Shown here one piece after another: positions 11,547-22,082 of a stretch of DNA of 64,000 bases (position 1 is the stretch's first letter; every line of letters starts with the position of its first letter). The DNA lies in the NCBI RefSeq assembly GCF_051903065.1, contig NZ_CP178438.1; one strand, written 5' to 3'. A program made the translations under genes and the position numbers. The notes beneath the pieces were generated by a model. That model saw only the letters and a program-made list of their open reading frames with translations, was not told the DNA's origin and searched no databases. This stretch comes from Escherichia coli (GTDB lineage: Bacteria; Pseudomonadota; Gammaproteobacteria; Enterobacterales; Enterobacteriaceae).

Positions 11547-12743
11547 TCAGGCGATAACGCCCAGTTGTTTACCAATACGCGTGAATGCTTCTACTGCGCG
11601 CGTAATTTGCTCAGGGGTATGCGCCGCAGACATCTGGGTACGAATACGCGCCTGACCTTTCGGAACGACCGGATAGAAGAAACCGGTGACGTAAATCCCC
11701 TCTTTTTGCAGCTCACGAGCAAATTTCTGCGCCACTACCGCATCGCCAAGCATGACCGGAATAATGGCGTGATCGGCTCCCGCCAGGGTAAAGCCCGCCG
11801 CCGACATTTGCTCACGGAACTGACGCGCGTTCGCCCACAGACGGTCACGCAGCTCGCTACCCGCTTCAACCATCTCCAGCACTTTAATGGAAGCGGCGAC
11901 AATAGCCGGTGCCAGCGAGTTGGAGAACAGGTACGGACGAGAACGCTGGCGCAGCCACTCAACCACTTCTTTGCGCGCCGCGGTATAACCACCAGAAGCC
12001 CCGCCCAGCGCTTTACCAAGCGTACCGGTGATAATATCGACCCGGCCCATCACATCGCAGTATTCATGGGAACCACGACCATTTTCACCGACAAAACCGA
12101 CCGCGTGGGAGTCGTCTACCATCACCAGGGCATCGTATTTATCTGCCAGATCGCAAACGCCCTTCAGATTGGCAATCACGCCGTCCATCGAGAACACACC
12201 ATCGGTGGCAATCAGCACATGACGCGCACCGGCTTCACGCGCTTCTTTCAGACGAGCTTCAAGCTCCTGCATATCGTTGTTGGCATAGCGATAGCGTTTA
12301 GCTTTACACAGACGCACACCATCAATAATAGACGCGTGGTTCAGTGCGTCGGAGATAATGGCGTCTTCCGCGCCCAGCAGCGTTTCAAACAGGCCACCGT
12401 TAGCATCAAAGCAGGAAGAGTAGAGAATCGCATCTTCCATCCCCAGGAATGCCGCCAGTTTTTGTTCAAGCTCTTTATGGCTGTCCTGAGTGCCGCAAAT
12501 AAAACGCACCGAAGCCATGCCGAAACCGTGAGAATCCATTCCCGCCTTTGCCGCCGCAATCAGATACGGATGATTCGCCAGCCCGAGATAGTTATTGGCA
12601 CAAAAGTTAATGACGTGGCTTCCATCAGCCACAGTGATATCTGCTTGCTGCGCAGACGTAATAATGCGCTCTTCTTTAAACAACCCTTCCGCCCGTGCGG
12701 TTTCCAGATCGTTGGTTAACTGCTGATAAAATTCTCCACGCAT
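11547..12743 (-). CDS. kbl: 2-amino-3-ketobutyrate CoA ligase (glycine C-acetyltransferase)
   Basis: 398-aa [41 protein letters not shown]...; PLP-dependent alpha-oxoamine synthase. Confidence 0.95.
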   Translation of the reverse strand: MRGEFYQQLTNDLETARAEGLFKEERIITSAQQADITVADGSHVINFCANNYLGLANHPYLIAAAKAGMDSHGFGMASVRFICGTQDSHKELEQKLAAFLGMEDAILYSSCFDANGGLFETLLGAEDAIISDALNHASIIDGVRLCKAKRYRYANNDMQELEARLKEAREAGARHVLIATDGVFSMDGVIANLKGVCDLADKYDALVMVDDSHAVGFVGENGRGSHEYCDVMGRVDIITGTLGKALGGASGGYTAARKEVVEWLRQRSRPYLFSNSLAPAIVAASIKVLEMVEAGSELRDRLWANARQFREQMSAAGFTLAGADHAIIPVMLGDAVVAQKFARELQKEGIYVTGFFYPVVPKGQARIRTQMSAAHTPEQITRAVEAFTRIGKQLGVIA

Positions 12744-12956
12744 TGCGATTCTCCAGACAGGGCAAATTCCAGCACATATTACCCAAACTTATAGGTCGCG
12801 ACGAGATGACGCGTTAACACTTCTGCAAAATTCAGGATAAATAACGTCCATCAATCTCACTTTTGGCGAATGGCTGAAGCCAACGCCGTGTAGTGATATG
12901 ATAGAAGTATTCGTGTCTGAGATTGTCTCTGACTCCATAATTCGAAGGTTACAGTT

Positions 12957-13889
12957 ATGATCATCGTTACCGGCGGCGCGGGCTTTATCGGCAGCAACAT
13001 CGTTAAGGCCCTGAATGATAAAGGCATCACCGATATTCTGGTGGTGGACAATCTGAAAGACGGCACCAAGTTTGTGAACCTGGTGGATCTGGATATCGCG
13101 GACTATATGGATAAGGAAGACTTCCTGATCCAGATTATGGCTGGCGAAGAGTTCGGCGATGTCGAAGCGATTTTCCACGAAGGCGCGTGCTCTTCCACCA
13201 CCGAGTGGGATGGCAAGTATATGATGGATAACAACTATCAATACTCCAAAGAGCTGCTGCACTACTGTCTGGAGCGCGAAATCCCGTTCCTGTATGCCTC
13301 TTCCGCAGCCACCTACGGCGGACGCACCTCCGACTTTATTGAATCCCGCGAGTACGAAAAACCGTTGAACGTCTACGGTTACTCAAAATTCCTGTTTGAT
13401 GAATATGTTCGCCAAATCCTGCCTGAAGCGAACTCGCAGATTGTTGGCTTCCGCTATTTCAACGTTTATGGACCGCGTGAAGGCCATAAAGGCAGCATGG
13501 CGAGCGTCGCTTTCCATCTCAACACCCAGCTTAACAACGGTGAATCACCGAAGCTGTTTGAAGGTAGCGAGAACTTCAAACGCGACTTCGTCTATGTGGG
13601 CGACGTGGCTGATGTGAATCTGTGGTTCCTGGAAAATGGCGTTTCCGGCATCTTCAACCTCGGTACTGGTCGTGCGGAATCCTTCCAGGCTGTAGCTGAT
13701 GCTACGCTGGCTTATCACAAGAAAGGCCAGATCGAATACATTCCGTTCCCGGATAAACTGAAAGGCCGCTATCAGGCGTTCACTCAGGCAGATCTGACAA
13801 ATCTGCGCGCGGCGGGTTACGACAAACCGTTCAAAACCGTTGCTGAAGGTGTAACGGAATACATGGCCTGGCTGAATCGCGACGCATAA
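12957..13889 (+). CDS. hldD: ADP-L-glycero-D-manno-heptose 6-epimerase
   Basis: 310-aa [26 protein letters not shown]...; SDR/NAD-binding GxxGxxG. Confidence 0.95.
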
Positions 13890-13898
13890 GAGCTCTGC

Positions 13899-14945
13899 AT
13901 GAAAATACTGGTGATCGGCCCGTCTTGGGTTGGCGACATGATGATGTCGCAAAGTCTCTATCGCACGCTCCAGGCGCGCTATCCCCAGGCGATAATCGAC
14001 GTGATGGCACCGGCATGGTGCCGTCCGTTATTGTCGCGGATGCCGGAAGTTAACGAAGCCATTCCTATGCCGCTTGGTCACGGGGCGCTGGAAATTGGCG
14101 AACGCCGCAAGCTGGGTCATAGCCTGCGTGAAAAGCGCTACGACCGCGCCTACGTCTTACCTAACTCCTTCAAATCCGCATTAGTGCCTTTCTTCGCGGG
14201 TATTCCTCATCGCACCGGCTGGCGCGGCGAGATGCGCTACGGTTTACTCAACGATGTACGTGTGCTCGATAAAGAAGCCTGGCCGCTAATGGTGGAACGC
14301 TATGTGGCGCTGGCCTATGACAAAGGCGTGATGCGTACCGCACAAGATCTACCAAAACCGTTGTTATGGCCGCAATTGCAAGTGAGCGAAGGTGAAAAAT
14401 CATATACCTGTAATCAATTTTCGCTTTCATCAGAACGTCCGATGATTGGTTTTTGCCCGGGTGCGGAGTTTGGTCCGGCAAAACGCTGGCCACACTACCA
14501 CTATGCGGAACTGGCAAAGCAGCTGATTGATGAAGGTTATCAGGTGGTTCTGTTTGGCTCGGCGAAAGATCATGAAGCGGGCAATGAGATTCTTGCCGCT
14601 TTAAATACCGAGCAGCAGGCATGGTGTCGGAACCTGGCGGGGGAAACACAGCTTGATCAAGCGGTTATCCTGATTGCAGCCTGTAAAGCCATTGTCACTA
14701 ACGATTCTGGCCTGATGCACGTTGCGGCGGCGCTCAATCGTCCGCTGGTTGCCCTGTATGGTCCAAGTAGCCCGGACTTCACACCGCCGCTATCACATAA
14801 AGCGCGCGTGATCCGCCTGATTACCGGCTATCACAAAGTGCGTAAAGGTGACGCTGCGGAGGGTTATCACCAGAGCTTAATCGACATTACTCCCCAGCGC
14901 GTACTGGAAGAACTCAACGCGCTATTGTTACAAGAGGAAGCCTGA
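13899..14945 (+). CDS. waaF: ADP-heptose:LPS heptosyltransferase II (GT9)
   Basis: 348-aa ORF MKILVIGPSWVGDMMMSQSLYRTL...; GT9 family. Confidence 0.93.
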   Translation: MKILVIGPSWVGDMMMSQSLYRTLQARYPQAIIDVMAPAWCRPLLSRMPEVNEAIPMPLGHGALEIGERRKLGHSLREKRYDRAYVLPNSFKSALVPFFAGIPHRTGWRGEMRYGLLNDVRVLDKEAWPLMVERYVALAYDKGVMRTAQDLPKPLLWPQLQVSEGEKSYTCNQFSLSSERPMIGFCPGAEFGPAKRWPHYHYAELAKQLIDEGYQVVLFGSAKDHEAGNEILAALNTEQQAWCRNLAGETQLDQAVILIAACKAIVTNDSGLMHVAAALNRPLVALYGPSSPDFTPPLSHKARVIRLITGYHKVRKGDAAEGYHQSLIDITPQRVLEELNALLLQEEA

Positions 14946-14948
14946 CGG

Positions 14949-15905
14949 ATGCGGGTTTTGATCGTTAAAACATCGTCGATGGGCGATGTACTCCATACGT
15001 TGCCCGCACTCACTGATGCCCAGCAGGCAATCCCAGGGATTAAGTTTGACTGGGTGGTGGAAGAAGGGTTCGCACAGATTCCTTCCTGGCACGCCGCCGT
15101 TGAGCGAGTTATTCCTGTGGCAATACGTCGCTGGCGTAAAGCCTGGTTCTCGGCCCCCATAAAAGCGGAACGCAAAGCGTTTCGTGAAGCGCTACAAGCA
15201 GAGAACTATGACGCAGTTATCGATGCTCAGGGGCTGGTAAAAAGCGCGGCGCTGGTGACGCGTCTGGCGCATGGCGTAAAGCATGGAATGGACTGGCAAA
15301 CCGCTCGCGAACCTTTAGCCAGCCTGTTTTACAATCGTAAACATCATATTGCAAAACAGCAGCACGCCGTAGAACGCATCCGCGAACTTTTTGCCAAAAG
15401 TCTGGGCTATAGCAAACCGCAAACCCAGGGCGATTATGCTATCGCACAGCATTTTCTGACGAACCTGCCTACAGATGCTGGCGAATATGCCGTATTTCTT
15501 CATGCGACGACCCGTGATGATAAACACTGGCCGGAAGAACACTGGCGAGAATTGATTGGTTTACTGGCAGATTCAGGGATTCGCATTAAACTTCCGTGGG
15601 GTGCGCCGCATGAGGAAAAACGGGCGAAACGACTGGCGGAAGGATTTGCTTATGTTGAAGTATTGCCGAAGATGAGTCTGGAAGGTGTTGCCCGTGTGCT
15701 GGCCGGAGCGAAATTCGTGGTATCGGTAGACACTGGGTTAAGTCATTTAACTGCAGCACTGGATAGACCGAATATCACGGTTTATGGACCAACCGATCCG
15801 GGATTAATTGGTGGGTATGGGAAGAATCAGGTGGTTTGTAGGGCGCCAGATAAAGATCTTTCTCATCTGACTGCAGAAGCGGTATTTAATAAAATCAATT
15901 CCTGA
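14949..15905 (+). CDS. waaC: ADP-heptose:LPS heptosyltransferase I (GT9)
   Basis: 318-aa ORF MRVLIVKTSSMGDVLHTLPALTDAQQAIPGIKFDWVVEEGF...; GT9 family. Confidence 0.93.
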   Translation: MRVLIVKTSSMGDVLHTLPALTDAQQAIPGIKFDWVVEEGFAQIPSWHAAVERVIPVAIRRWRKAWFSAPIKAERKAFREALQAENYDAVIDAQGLVKSAALVTRLAHGVKHGMDWQTAREPLASLFYNRKHHIAKQQHAVERIRELFAKSLGYSKPQTQGDYAIAQHFLTNLPTDAGEYAVFLHATTRDDKHWPEEHWRELIGLLADSGIRIKLPWGAPHEEKRAKRLAEGFAYVEVLPKMSLEGVARVLAGAKFVVSVDTGLSHLTAALDRPNITVYGPTDPGLIGGYGKNQVVCRAPDKDLSHLTAEAVFNKINS

Positions 15906-15943
15906 TTAATACGTTCTATATTATTTAAGATGGTGGAGAAGCA

Positions 15944-17161
15944 ATGTTAACAGCCTCGCTGGCGCTACGTAATAAAGAAAGCTGGAAACCGTACTGGAAT
16001 AAAACGTTGGTATTCCTCTTTATTGCAACCTTTTTCCTTGATGGTATTACCCGTTATAAACACATCATATCCATACTAATGATTATTACGGTAATCTATC
16101 AAGTTTCTCGTGCTCCAGGAACATTTAAAGTACTCTATAAAAATAATCTTTTTTATAGTGTCCTGGTACTATCATTCATTCTTTTATATGCTACTTTCAT
16201 ATCACCTGATCTGAAAATCAGTTTTAAAGAATTCAGTAATACGGTGCTTAAAGGATTTTTGGCCTATAGTTTACTTATACCTGCATTATTAAAAGATGAA
16301 GATAATGAAAGCATTGGTAAAATTGTACTATACTCATTAGTTACCGGACTTGGCTTACGTTGTCTTGTTGAACTTATTCTTTATATTCAAGATTATAATA
16401 AAGGAATAATGCCATTTTCCACCTATGAACACCGTAGTATTTCCGATTCAATGGTGTTTCTGTTTCCAGCATTATTAAACCTTTGGCTTATCAAGAAAAC
16501 CTCTTATAAAATAGCATTCGTAATTTTTAGTGCAGTTTTCTTATTTCTGCTATTAGGAACGCTGTCTCGTGGTGCATGGCTGGCAGTATTCATAGTGACT
16601 CTGCTATGGTTAATCTTAAATCGTCAGTGGAAATTATTGATGCTGACTTCCATCGTTATTTCTGTTGCCGCAGCGGGTGTATTTACCTATAAAAGTGATC
16701 ATACCGGTAAAGACAGGCTTATTTATAAACTTCAACAGACCGACAGTTCTTATCGCTATACCAATGGTACACAAGGTACGGCGTGGACATTAATTATGGA
16801 AAATCCGCTTAAGGGATATGGCTACGGCGATGATATTTACCATGCAATATATAATAAGCGTGTCGTAGATTTTCCGTCATGGACATTCAGGCAATCAATT
16901 GGACCACACAACATTGTTTTGTCAATTTGGTTTGCAGCAGGTTTAGCTGGACTACTCGCTTTACTTTATCTGTATGGCTCTATTATCAAAGAGACAGCTA
17001 ATGCAACGTTTAAAACAGTTGTCGTCACTCCTTATAATGGTCAATTACTACTATTTTTAACGCTTGTAAGCTTTTATATTATTCGAGGTAACTTCGAGGA
17101 AGTTGATCTCAAACCAATTGGCTTGATTGTTGGTTTACTGTTAGCAATGCGGAATAAATAA
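15944..17161 (+). CDS. waaL: O-antigen ligase (Wzy_C family polytopic membrane protein)
   Basis: 405-aa, low-GC, highly hydrophobic ORF at the end of the hldD-waaFC operon. The sequence differs from the K-12 WaaL as I recall it; the start codon is uncertain. Confidence 0.8.
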   Translation: MLTASLALRNKESWKPYWNKTLVFLFIATFFLDGITRYKHIISILMIITVIYQVSRAPGTFKVLYKNNLFYSVLVLSFILLYATFISPDLKISFKEFSNTVLKGFLAYSLLIPALLKDEDNESIGKIVLYSLVTGLGLRCLVELILYIQDYNKGIMPFSTYEHRSISDSMVFLFPALLNLWLIKKTSYKIAFVIFSAVFLFLLLGTLSRGAWLAVFIVTLLWLILNRQWKLLMLTSIVISVAAAGVFTYKSDHTGKDRLIYKLQQTDSSYRYTNGTQGTAWTLIMENPLKGYGYGDDIYHAIYNKRVVDFPSWTFRQSIGPHNIVLSIWFAAGLAGLLALLYLYGSIIKETANATFKTVVVTPYNGQLLLFLTLVSFYIIRGNFEEVDLKPIGLIVGLLLAMRNK

Positions 17162-17167
17162 AAAAAA

Positions 17168-17197
17168 GCCTGCCTGACATTAAGTTCAGGCAGGCTC
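17168..17197. terminator. Bidirectional Rho-independent terminator between convergent waaL and the waaQ operon
   Basis: Perfect hairpin gcctgcctgac-attaagt-tcaggcaggc, preceded by an A-run and followed by T-rich sequence. Confidence 0.75.
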
Positions 17198-17214
17198 TTC
17201 AAATCCAATAATTT

Positions 17215-18357
17215 TTAACCAAACCAGTCTTGTATTTGTGCTTCAAAACGCTGAGTAACATGTTCCCAGCTATATTTTGAGAAAACAAAATTTCGGGCAT
17301 TTTTAGCAATTTGAGCTCTGTCAGCATCCGCCAAAACTCGCTTAATATCCGCGAGAATACTTTCAGATGTCATAGGCTCTGCAAGGTGATAGCCTGTAAT
17401 TCCTTCCAGAACAAACTCACTAATTCCACCTTTTTGACTGGCAAGTACTGGTTTACCTGCCGCCATCGCTTCAACAGCTACCATACAAAAAGCTTCTTCT
17501 ACCTGAGAAGGAACAACAACTAAATCTGCTAAACGGTAATAGTTATGCATCTGCTCTGGAGGCTGTCCACCCGCCATAATGCATTGCGCTCCAATAGCTT
17601 TCGCTGCATCCAGAACTTTTTTCTGATATTCAGCTTTTTCGCCTTTTTTACTGGCAAAAGGATCTCCGACAATCACCAGTTTGAGGTTATCTTGTATCTT
17701 ATTCAGCTGATTAAAAGCCTCCATAAGCATCAGGCAACCTTTATCTGGTGATATCCTTCCTGCAAATAATAACACGGTATCATTTGCATCAATGTTCAGT
17801 TTCTGCCTCAAATCTTCAGTATTATTTTGTTCATACGATTCAGAACAAAAACCATTAGGCACAATAGCAATATTTGCATCAGGCATTTTTTCCGAATAGA
17901 AATCGAAAAGAAACTGGCTAGGAACAATTATCTTTGCATTTTTGTCTAACTCACCTGGCTCGAAAGCATTATGAAGATGCATAACTAGCTGCGCCTGAGG
18001 GCTTCTGCTACGAATCTGTTTATACAGCTTCATGCTATTGTGGATAACAATAACAGAGTCTTTCGGATCAGTGTTTTTAGGTTGGGTATTTAAAATACGC
18101 TGAGAATATGGCACAGGATCAAGTCGAGTCCACTTTTGGAAAAGTCGTTTATAGACTCGACTAAAACCAATGTAGTGAATATCACAGTGATCATTTACTT
18201 TTGTGTAGGTTGGGTAACCTTCGTTTCGAATACAGGCGATAGTTACTGGAATCGAAAGTCTTTTTGCGACCTGATAAATCCATGTTTCAACCGCTGCAGC
18301 TCCTTTTGGCGGTATAGAAAATATTGGTGTGACGGTAAATATTATTTTTTTAATCAT
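17215..18357 (-). CDS. waaK: GT4-family glycosyltransferase, terminal outer-core transferase (WaaK-like, putative GlcNAc transferase)
   Basis: ORF 17215-18405; likely start MIKKIIFTVTPIF... (about 380 aa); C-terminal GT4 motif EAFCMVAVEAMAAGKPVLASQKGGISEFVLEGITGY. K-12 has a GT9 heptosyltransferase (WaaU) at this position, so the core type here is not K-12. Confidence 0.7.
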   Translation of the reverse strand: MIKKIIFTVTPIFSIPPKGAAAVETWIYQVAKRLSIPVTIACIRNEGYPTYTKVNDHCDIHYIGFSRVYKRLFQKWTRLDPVPYSQRILNTQPKNTDPKDSVIVIHNSMKLYKQIRSRSPQAQLVMHLHNAFEPGELDKNAKIIVPSQFLFDFYSEKMPDANIAIVPNGFCSESYEQNNTEDLRQKLNIDANDTVLLFAGRISPDKGCLMLMEAFNQLNKIQDNLKLVIVGDPFASKKGEKAEYQKKVLDAAKAIGAQCIMAGGQPPEQMHNYYRLADLVVVPSQVEEAFCMVAVEAMAAGKPVLASQKGGISEFVLEGITGYHLAEPMTSESILADIKRVLADADRAQIAKNARNFVFSKYSWEHVTQRFEAQIQDWFG

Positions 18358-18409
18358 TATTAGCCAACTCCAATATAATTTATAACACGTAATAAACACA
18401 TACAAAATA

Positions 18410-19219
18410 TTAGCTTATTTTTTCATAAACACACGGCTCTTCAATTTCGGATATTTTCATATAGGGAATAATATCATATTGAATTGCAGTATCGTCGGAT
18501 AAATTATAAATATTGATATCTTCTATATTTTCACGCATAAAACGGAAAAATGGTAAAATTTTGAATAAATCCCGAGTCAACTCTGAGGGCATAGGATTCT
18601 TATCTTCATCATAGAAACGCGAACAGCTACCCGTTAAATCAAGGCCTGAACAGATAATACGAGCATACTTCAGCGAATAGGCTATTTGGATTGCAGCAAA
18701 AGCAACGGTATGGCATGAACAATAACCGAGGTTAATATCCTTGCAAAAGCCAACCAGACGACCTTTTTTAGAAAAAGGTACAGAGATCAGGAGCTCTTTA
18801 TGAATTCGGCTCAAAATATTAAACTTGATCTTCTTGATCAATCCACCTTTTTCTCTGCGGTAAAATGAACGTAGTACCAGGCAGTTTTGAAGGATGTACC
18901 GCTTATCTTCTTCAGAAGCATGTTCATAAACGTCAACATTTACGATGGTATAACGACTTCTCTGGCTAAATTTATAAAAATCATCACGCCGTTGATGTAA
19001 AAAGCGAACATCGGTAAGTACATAAATATAGGGAATAATATTATGACTTAATAGATATTGTGCAGAACCATTGACAGCAATAACATCCCTTGTCTGCAGC
19101 ACTGACAATGGTGTTTTTTGCGATGTGGGGCCGGAAAGAAAAATAATAACATCATCAGCCGTTTTACTTTCTATCAGGTTTTCAACATCTTTTTTGTCAA
19201 TGTATCTAATATTCTTCAT
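18410..19219 (-). CDS. waaZ: LPS core biosynthesis protein WaaZ (KDO transferase-like)
   Basis: 269-aa low-GC ORF in the conserved waaY-waaZ position; assignment is by synteny more than motif. Confidence 0.65.
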   Translation of the reverse strand: MKNIRYIDKKDVENLIESKTADDVIIFLSGPTSQKTPLSVLQTRDVIAVNGSAQYLLSHNIIPYIYVLTDVRFLHQRRDDFYKFSQRSRYTIVNVDVYEHASEEDKRYILQNCLVLRSFYRREKGGLIKKIKFNILSRIHKELLISVPFSKKGRLVGFCKDINLGYCSCHTVAFAAIQIAYSLKYARIICSGLDLTGSCSRFYDEDKNPMPSELTRDLFKILPFFRFMRENIEDINIYNLSDDTAIQYDIIPYMKISEIEEPCVYEKIS

Positions 19220-19290
19220 GATAAACCTGTGAAATAAGAACTCCGCATAGAAATGTCCTGACGAAGACGTTTAAATGTAAGACTTTTACT

Positions 19291-19989
19291 TTATCGTGCT
19301 GGCTTCCCTTTCAAACGCCGCATAAGATTACGTATTTTTTTACGATAAACTAAAAGATAATAACCGAGATCTTTAACCTCATTCTTAATACCATAATGTC
19401 GCTCTAAATCAATACGATCTTTCGCTTTACGTTGTGCAGATGCCCGTTTTCCTGAAAGATCAATAATGCGTACTTCACCATTTTCAATAATAAAATTACC
19501 GCGGTGAGGATCACCAGATACCATACCGTGTTCGTGTAATGAACGAATTGATTGTTGAATTTTATTTTTTAGCGAATCATCAATATCGGGGATATCACAC
19601 AACTCTACGCCATCGATATATTCGATAAGCATGATATAAGTATGGACAAAACGTAATGTTTTCCGTTCTGCCAACAAATAAAAATCATTGAGAGAATGTA
19701 GCCCCTCGTTACGCACTTTTTGAGTTTGCTCAAAAAGGCGTTCATAATAATCTCCCTTTAAAAGAGATTTAAAGAAACGTTCGTTGCGTTTTACTTTAGG
19801 CGAAAAAACTTTAAGTATCAATTTACCGTAATCGGTATCAATAAGCATGACTTTTGTATCATCTATAGAACGAAAAACTTTGATGATATTAATATCATAA
19901 GAAAGAAAGTCATTTAATACATTGAGATACTTTGAGTTATTTTCATCGGTAAAAACAACTAAATCTTTGATTTTATTCTTCTGAATCAT
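19291..19989 (-). CDS. waaY: LPS core heptose(II) kinase
   Basis: 232-aa ORF with kinase-like HRGN motif (SGDPHRGNFI); position between waaZ and waaJ. Confidence 0.8.
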   Translation of the reverse strand: MIQKNKIKDLVVFTDENNSKYLNVLNDFLSYDINIIKVFRSIDDTKVMLIDTDYGKLILKVFSPKVKRNERFFKSLLKGDYYERLFEQTQKVRNEGLHSLNDFYLLAERKTLRFVHTYIMLIEYIDGVELCDIPDIDDSLKNKIQQSIRSLHEHGMVSGDPHRGNFIIENGEVRIIDLSGKRASAQRKAKDRIDLERHYGIKNEVKDLGYYLLVYRKKIRNLMRRLKGKPAR

Positions 19990-20006
19990 GTTAAACCAGT
20001 TAAATG

Positions 20007-21023
20007 TTATTTACGGTAATATTTTCGGCAAAGATAACACACTCCTGCAATGAGTCCTGAGATATAATGATGTTGCACTAACAGATGTTTATATCTTTTT
20101 TTGAATTCAATAATTGATTTTGCATCTCGTGGTGAGTCATCTTTCCAGGGGGATCTTTCTAAAGCTATTTTATAGTATTTTACCGATGGATAAATTGCCC
20201 ATTTGTGCCACGGCTTGGTGGCCCCAGTATAATGAATAAGAAGAGTATCCTCTTTTATCAACTCTTTATATTTTTGATGCGTTTTATCTTTTAACTCACT
20301 TTTTATTGTATATATAGTATTGAACTCACGTGGCAGGAATATTGTCATCCCTTTTAGTAGGACATTCATAACGTCCTGGTCAGGATACTTATAAATACTA
20401 TCTTTACTCATAAGAATAGACAGTGCTTTTTCGGTTAGTTTTGCTTCTGTCCATTTTTTTAGGTCTAAGTAAACGACACCAGAATTAAAATACTGCCCCC
20501 GAAGTTCAGGATCAGATAATCTGACTACCGCCTTTTCCTGCATTGGGTCTACATCCCTGACTACTGCAGCCACCGCTCCATTAAACTCTAAATGCAATAG
20601 TTGACTAATATCTCCCTTACAAACTACATCTGCATCAAGATAAAGCAAACGATCAAGAGTTAAACCCAATAATTGAAATGCAAATAAACGGAAGTACATT
20701 GCTCTTGACCAGACCTGTGTACAAGGCAAGCACTGGAGCTTATCAGTGTTAATTCTATATAACGTGATTCTTAATTGGTATTGCTCTGCAAGCTTTGCAA
20801 CTTTTTGAAAAAAAGCATCATTATAAACATCAGCAATAATATAAAAATCAAGATTAATATGTCGATTATTTAGGACAATTGATGTGATGGAAACACCTAC
20901 ACCATCAAGATAATTAGCATCGACACCATAGGCAACATTTAAACATTCACAAGTATTTATATTAGCCAGCCGAAAATCCCAGGCTTTAACTTTATCTATC
21001 TCTATGGCAGGAAATGAGTCCAC
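20007..21023 (-). CDS. waaJ: GT8-family LPS outer-core 1,2-glycosyltransferase
   Basis: 338-aa ORF with GT8 motifs (YLDADVVC, FNSGVVYLDLKKW, DQDVMNVLL, HYTGATKPW). Confidence 0.8.
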   Translation of the reverse strand: MDSFPAIEIDKVKAWDFRLANINTCECLNVAYGVDANYLDGVGVSITSIVLNNRHINLDFYIIADVYNDAFFQKVAKLAEQYQLRITLYRINTDKLQCLPCTQVWSRAMYFRLFAFQLLGLTLDRLLYLDADVVCKGDISQLLHLEFNGAVAAVVRDVDPMQEKAVVRLSDPELRGQYFNSGVVYLDLKKWTEAKLTEKALSILMSKDSIYKYPDQDVMNVLLKGMTIFLPREFNTIYTIKSELKDKTHQKYKELIKEDTLLIHYTGATKPWHKWAIYPSVKYYKIALERSPWKDDSPRDAKSIIEFKKRYKHLLVQHHYISGLIAGVCYLCRKYYRK

Positions 21024-21062
21024 AATGCTACCCTTATATCATTACTTTATAGTTTCCCAGTT

Positions 21063-22082
21063 TTAATGCTTTATCTTTTCAATAAAATAAAAAAGATAGT
21101 TGCTAAACCCTTTTAGATATCTATGTTTTTTAAGCATATGTTTTGCGCTATATCTTAATTGATTGCTATTATTCGGTTTCAGCAACGCCGTATTCTTCCA
21201 TGGCGAAGCATTTTTTGCCTCCATAAATGCTTGTGATACAGGATAATCCCAGGCCCAATCATGCCAGGGCTTGGTTGGCCCGATATAATGGATAAAAATA
21301 GTATCGTTGGTAATTGGGTTTATAAAGTTATCTTTTAGTTGATAATTTAAGCTAAACTGGGTGTTATATTTAATATCAGCGAAAATAAGTTTATCTGCCA
21401 GCAACATATTTAATACATCCTGATCAGGATGTGTTATTTTTTTGATTATTTCTGGCTCATTTAGCATTGCAATGGCTCGTGTAGAAACCTGCTGAGCCGC
21501 CCATTTGGCAGTATTAATCAATAAAAAACCGGAGTTAAAGTAACCTTTAGCAATTCCCGCAACACCTAACGAATGGGCGCGTTTTTCCCACCAGTCAGCT
21601 TGCCCTTCAGAAACAACCATTGCGACTTTATCGTCAGGAAATGAGAATTTAATTAGTGGCTCAATAGTCCCCTGACAAATGATATCTGCATCCAGATAAA
21701 GGACTTTAGCCGCCTTATTAATAAAGTAATCTGCAATAACAAAACGGAAATATATTGCATGAGTCCAGTTCTTTGTGCTAGGCAATGAGCGTAGTCGGTC
21801 ACCATTAATCAGATATATTTTTATTCTGGTTTTATACTGTAACGCTAGGGCATCAAAATACTTACGATCATCATCACCAAAATAATCAGTAAAAATGTGG
21901 AAACACAACCGACTTCCTTCATTATACTTTAATATTGAAGCAATCGAAATTCCGCAACCAAATAGAAAGTTTTTGTCAGTTCCATAAGCGATGTCCAGAC
22001 AAAGATTTTCCGTTTCTACTTTATGATTATAATCAATAACTGAATTTAGAAACTCAGTTTCCTGGAATAATACCTGCTGCAT
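21063..22082 (-). CDS. waaI: GT8-family LPS outer-core 1,3-glycosyltransferase
   Basis: 339-aa ORF with GT8 motifs (YLDADIIC, FNSGFLLINTAKW, DQDVLNMLL, HYIGPTKPW); also known as waaO. Confidence 0.8.
   Translation of the reverse strand: MQQVLFQETEFLNSVIDYNHKVETENLCLDIAYGTDKNFLFGCGISIASILKYNEGSRLCFHIFTDYFGDDDRKYFDALALQYKTRIKIYLINGDRLRSLPSTKNWTHAIYFRFVIADYFINKAAKVLYLDADIICQGTIEPLIKFSFPDDKVAMVVSEGQADWWEKRAHSLGVAGIAKGYFNSGFLLINTAKWAAQQVSTRAIAMLNEPEIIKKITHPDQDVLNMLLADKLIFADIKYNTQFSLNYQLKDNFINPITNDTIFIHYIGPTKPWHDWAWDYPVSQAFMEAKNASPWKNTALLKPNNSNQLRYSAKHMLKKHRYLKGFSNYLFYFIEKIKH

Noticed and set aside
11565-12719. 384-aa plus-strand ORF antisense to kbl
   Set aside because: Same reasoning: the minus-strand product is a clear PLP-dependent 2-amino-3-ketobutyrate ligase, and the antisense frame is R/H/T-rich nonsense.
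12789-13262. 157-aa minus-strand ORF overlapping the 5' half of hldD
   Set aside because: It overlaps a strongly supported gene on the other strand; it does not correspond to htrL and has no independent support.
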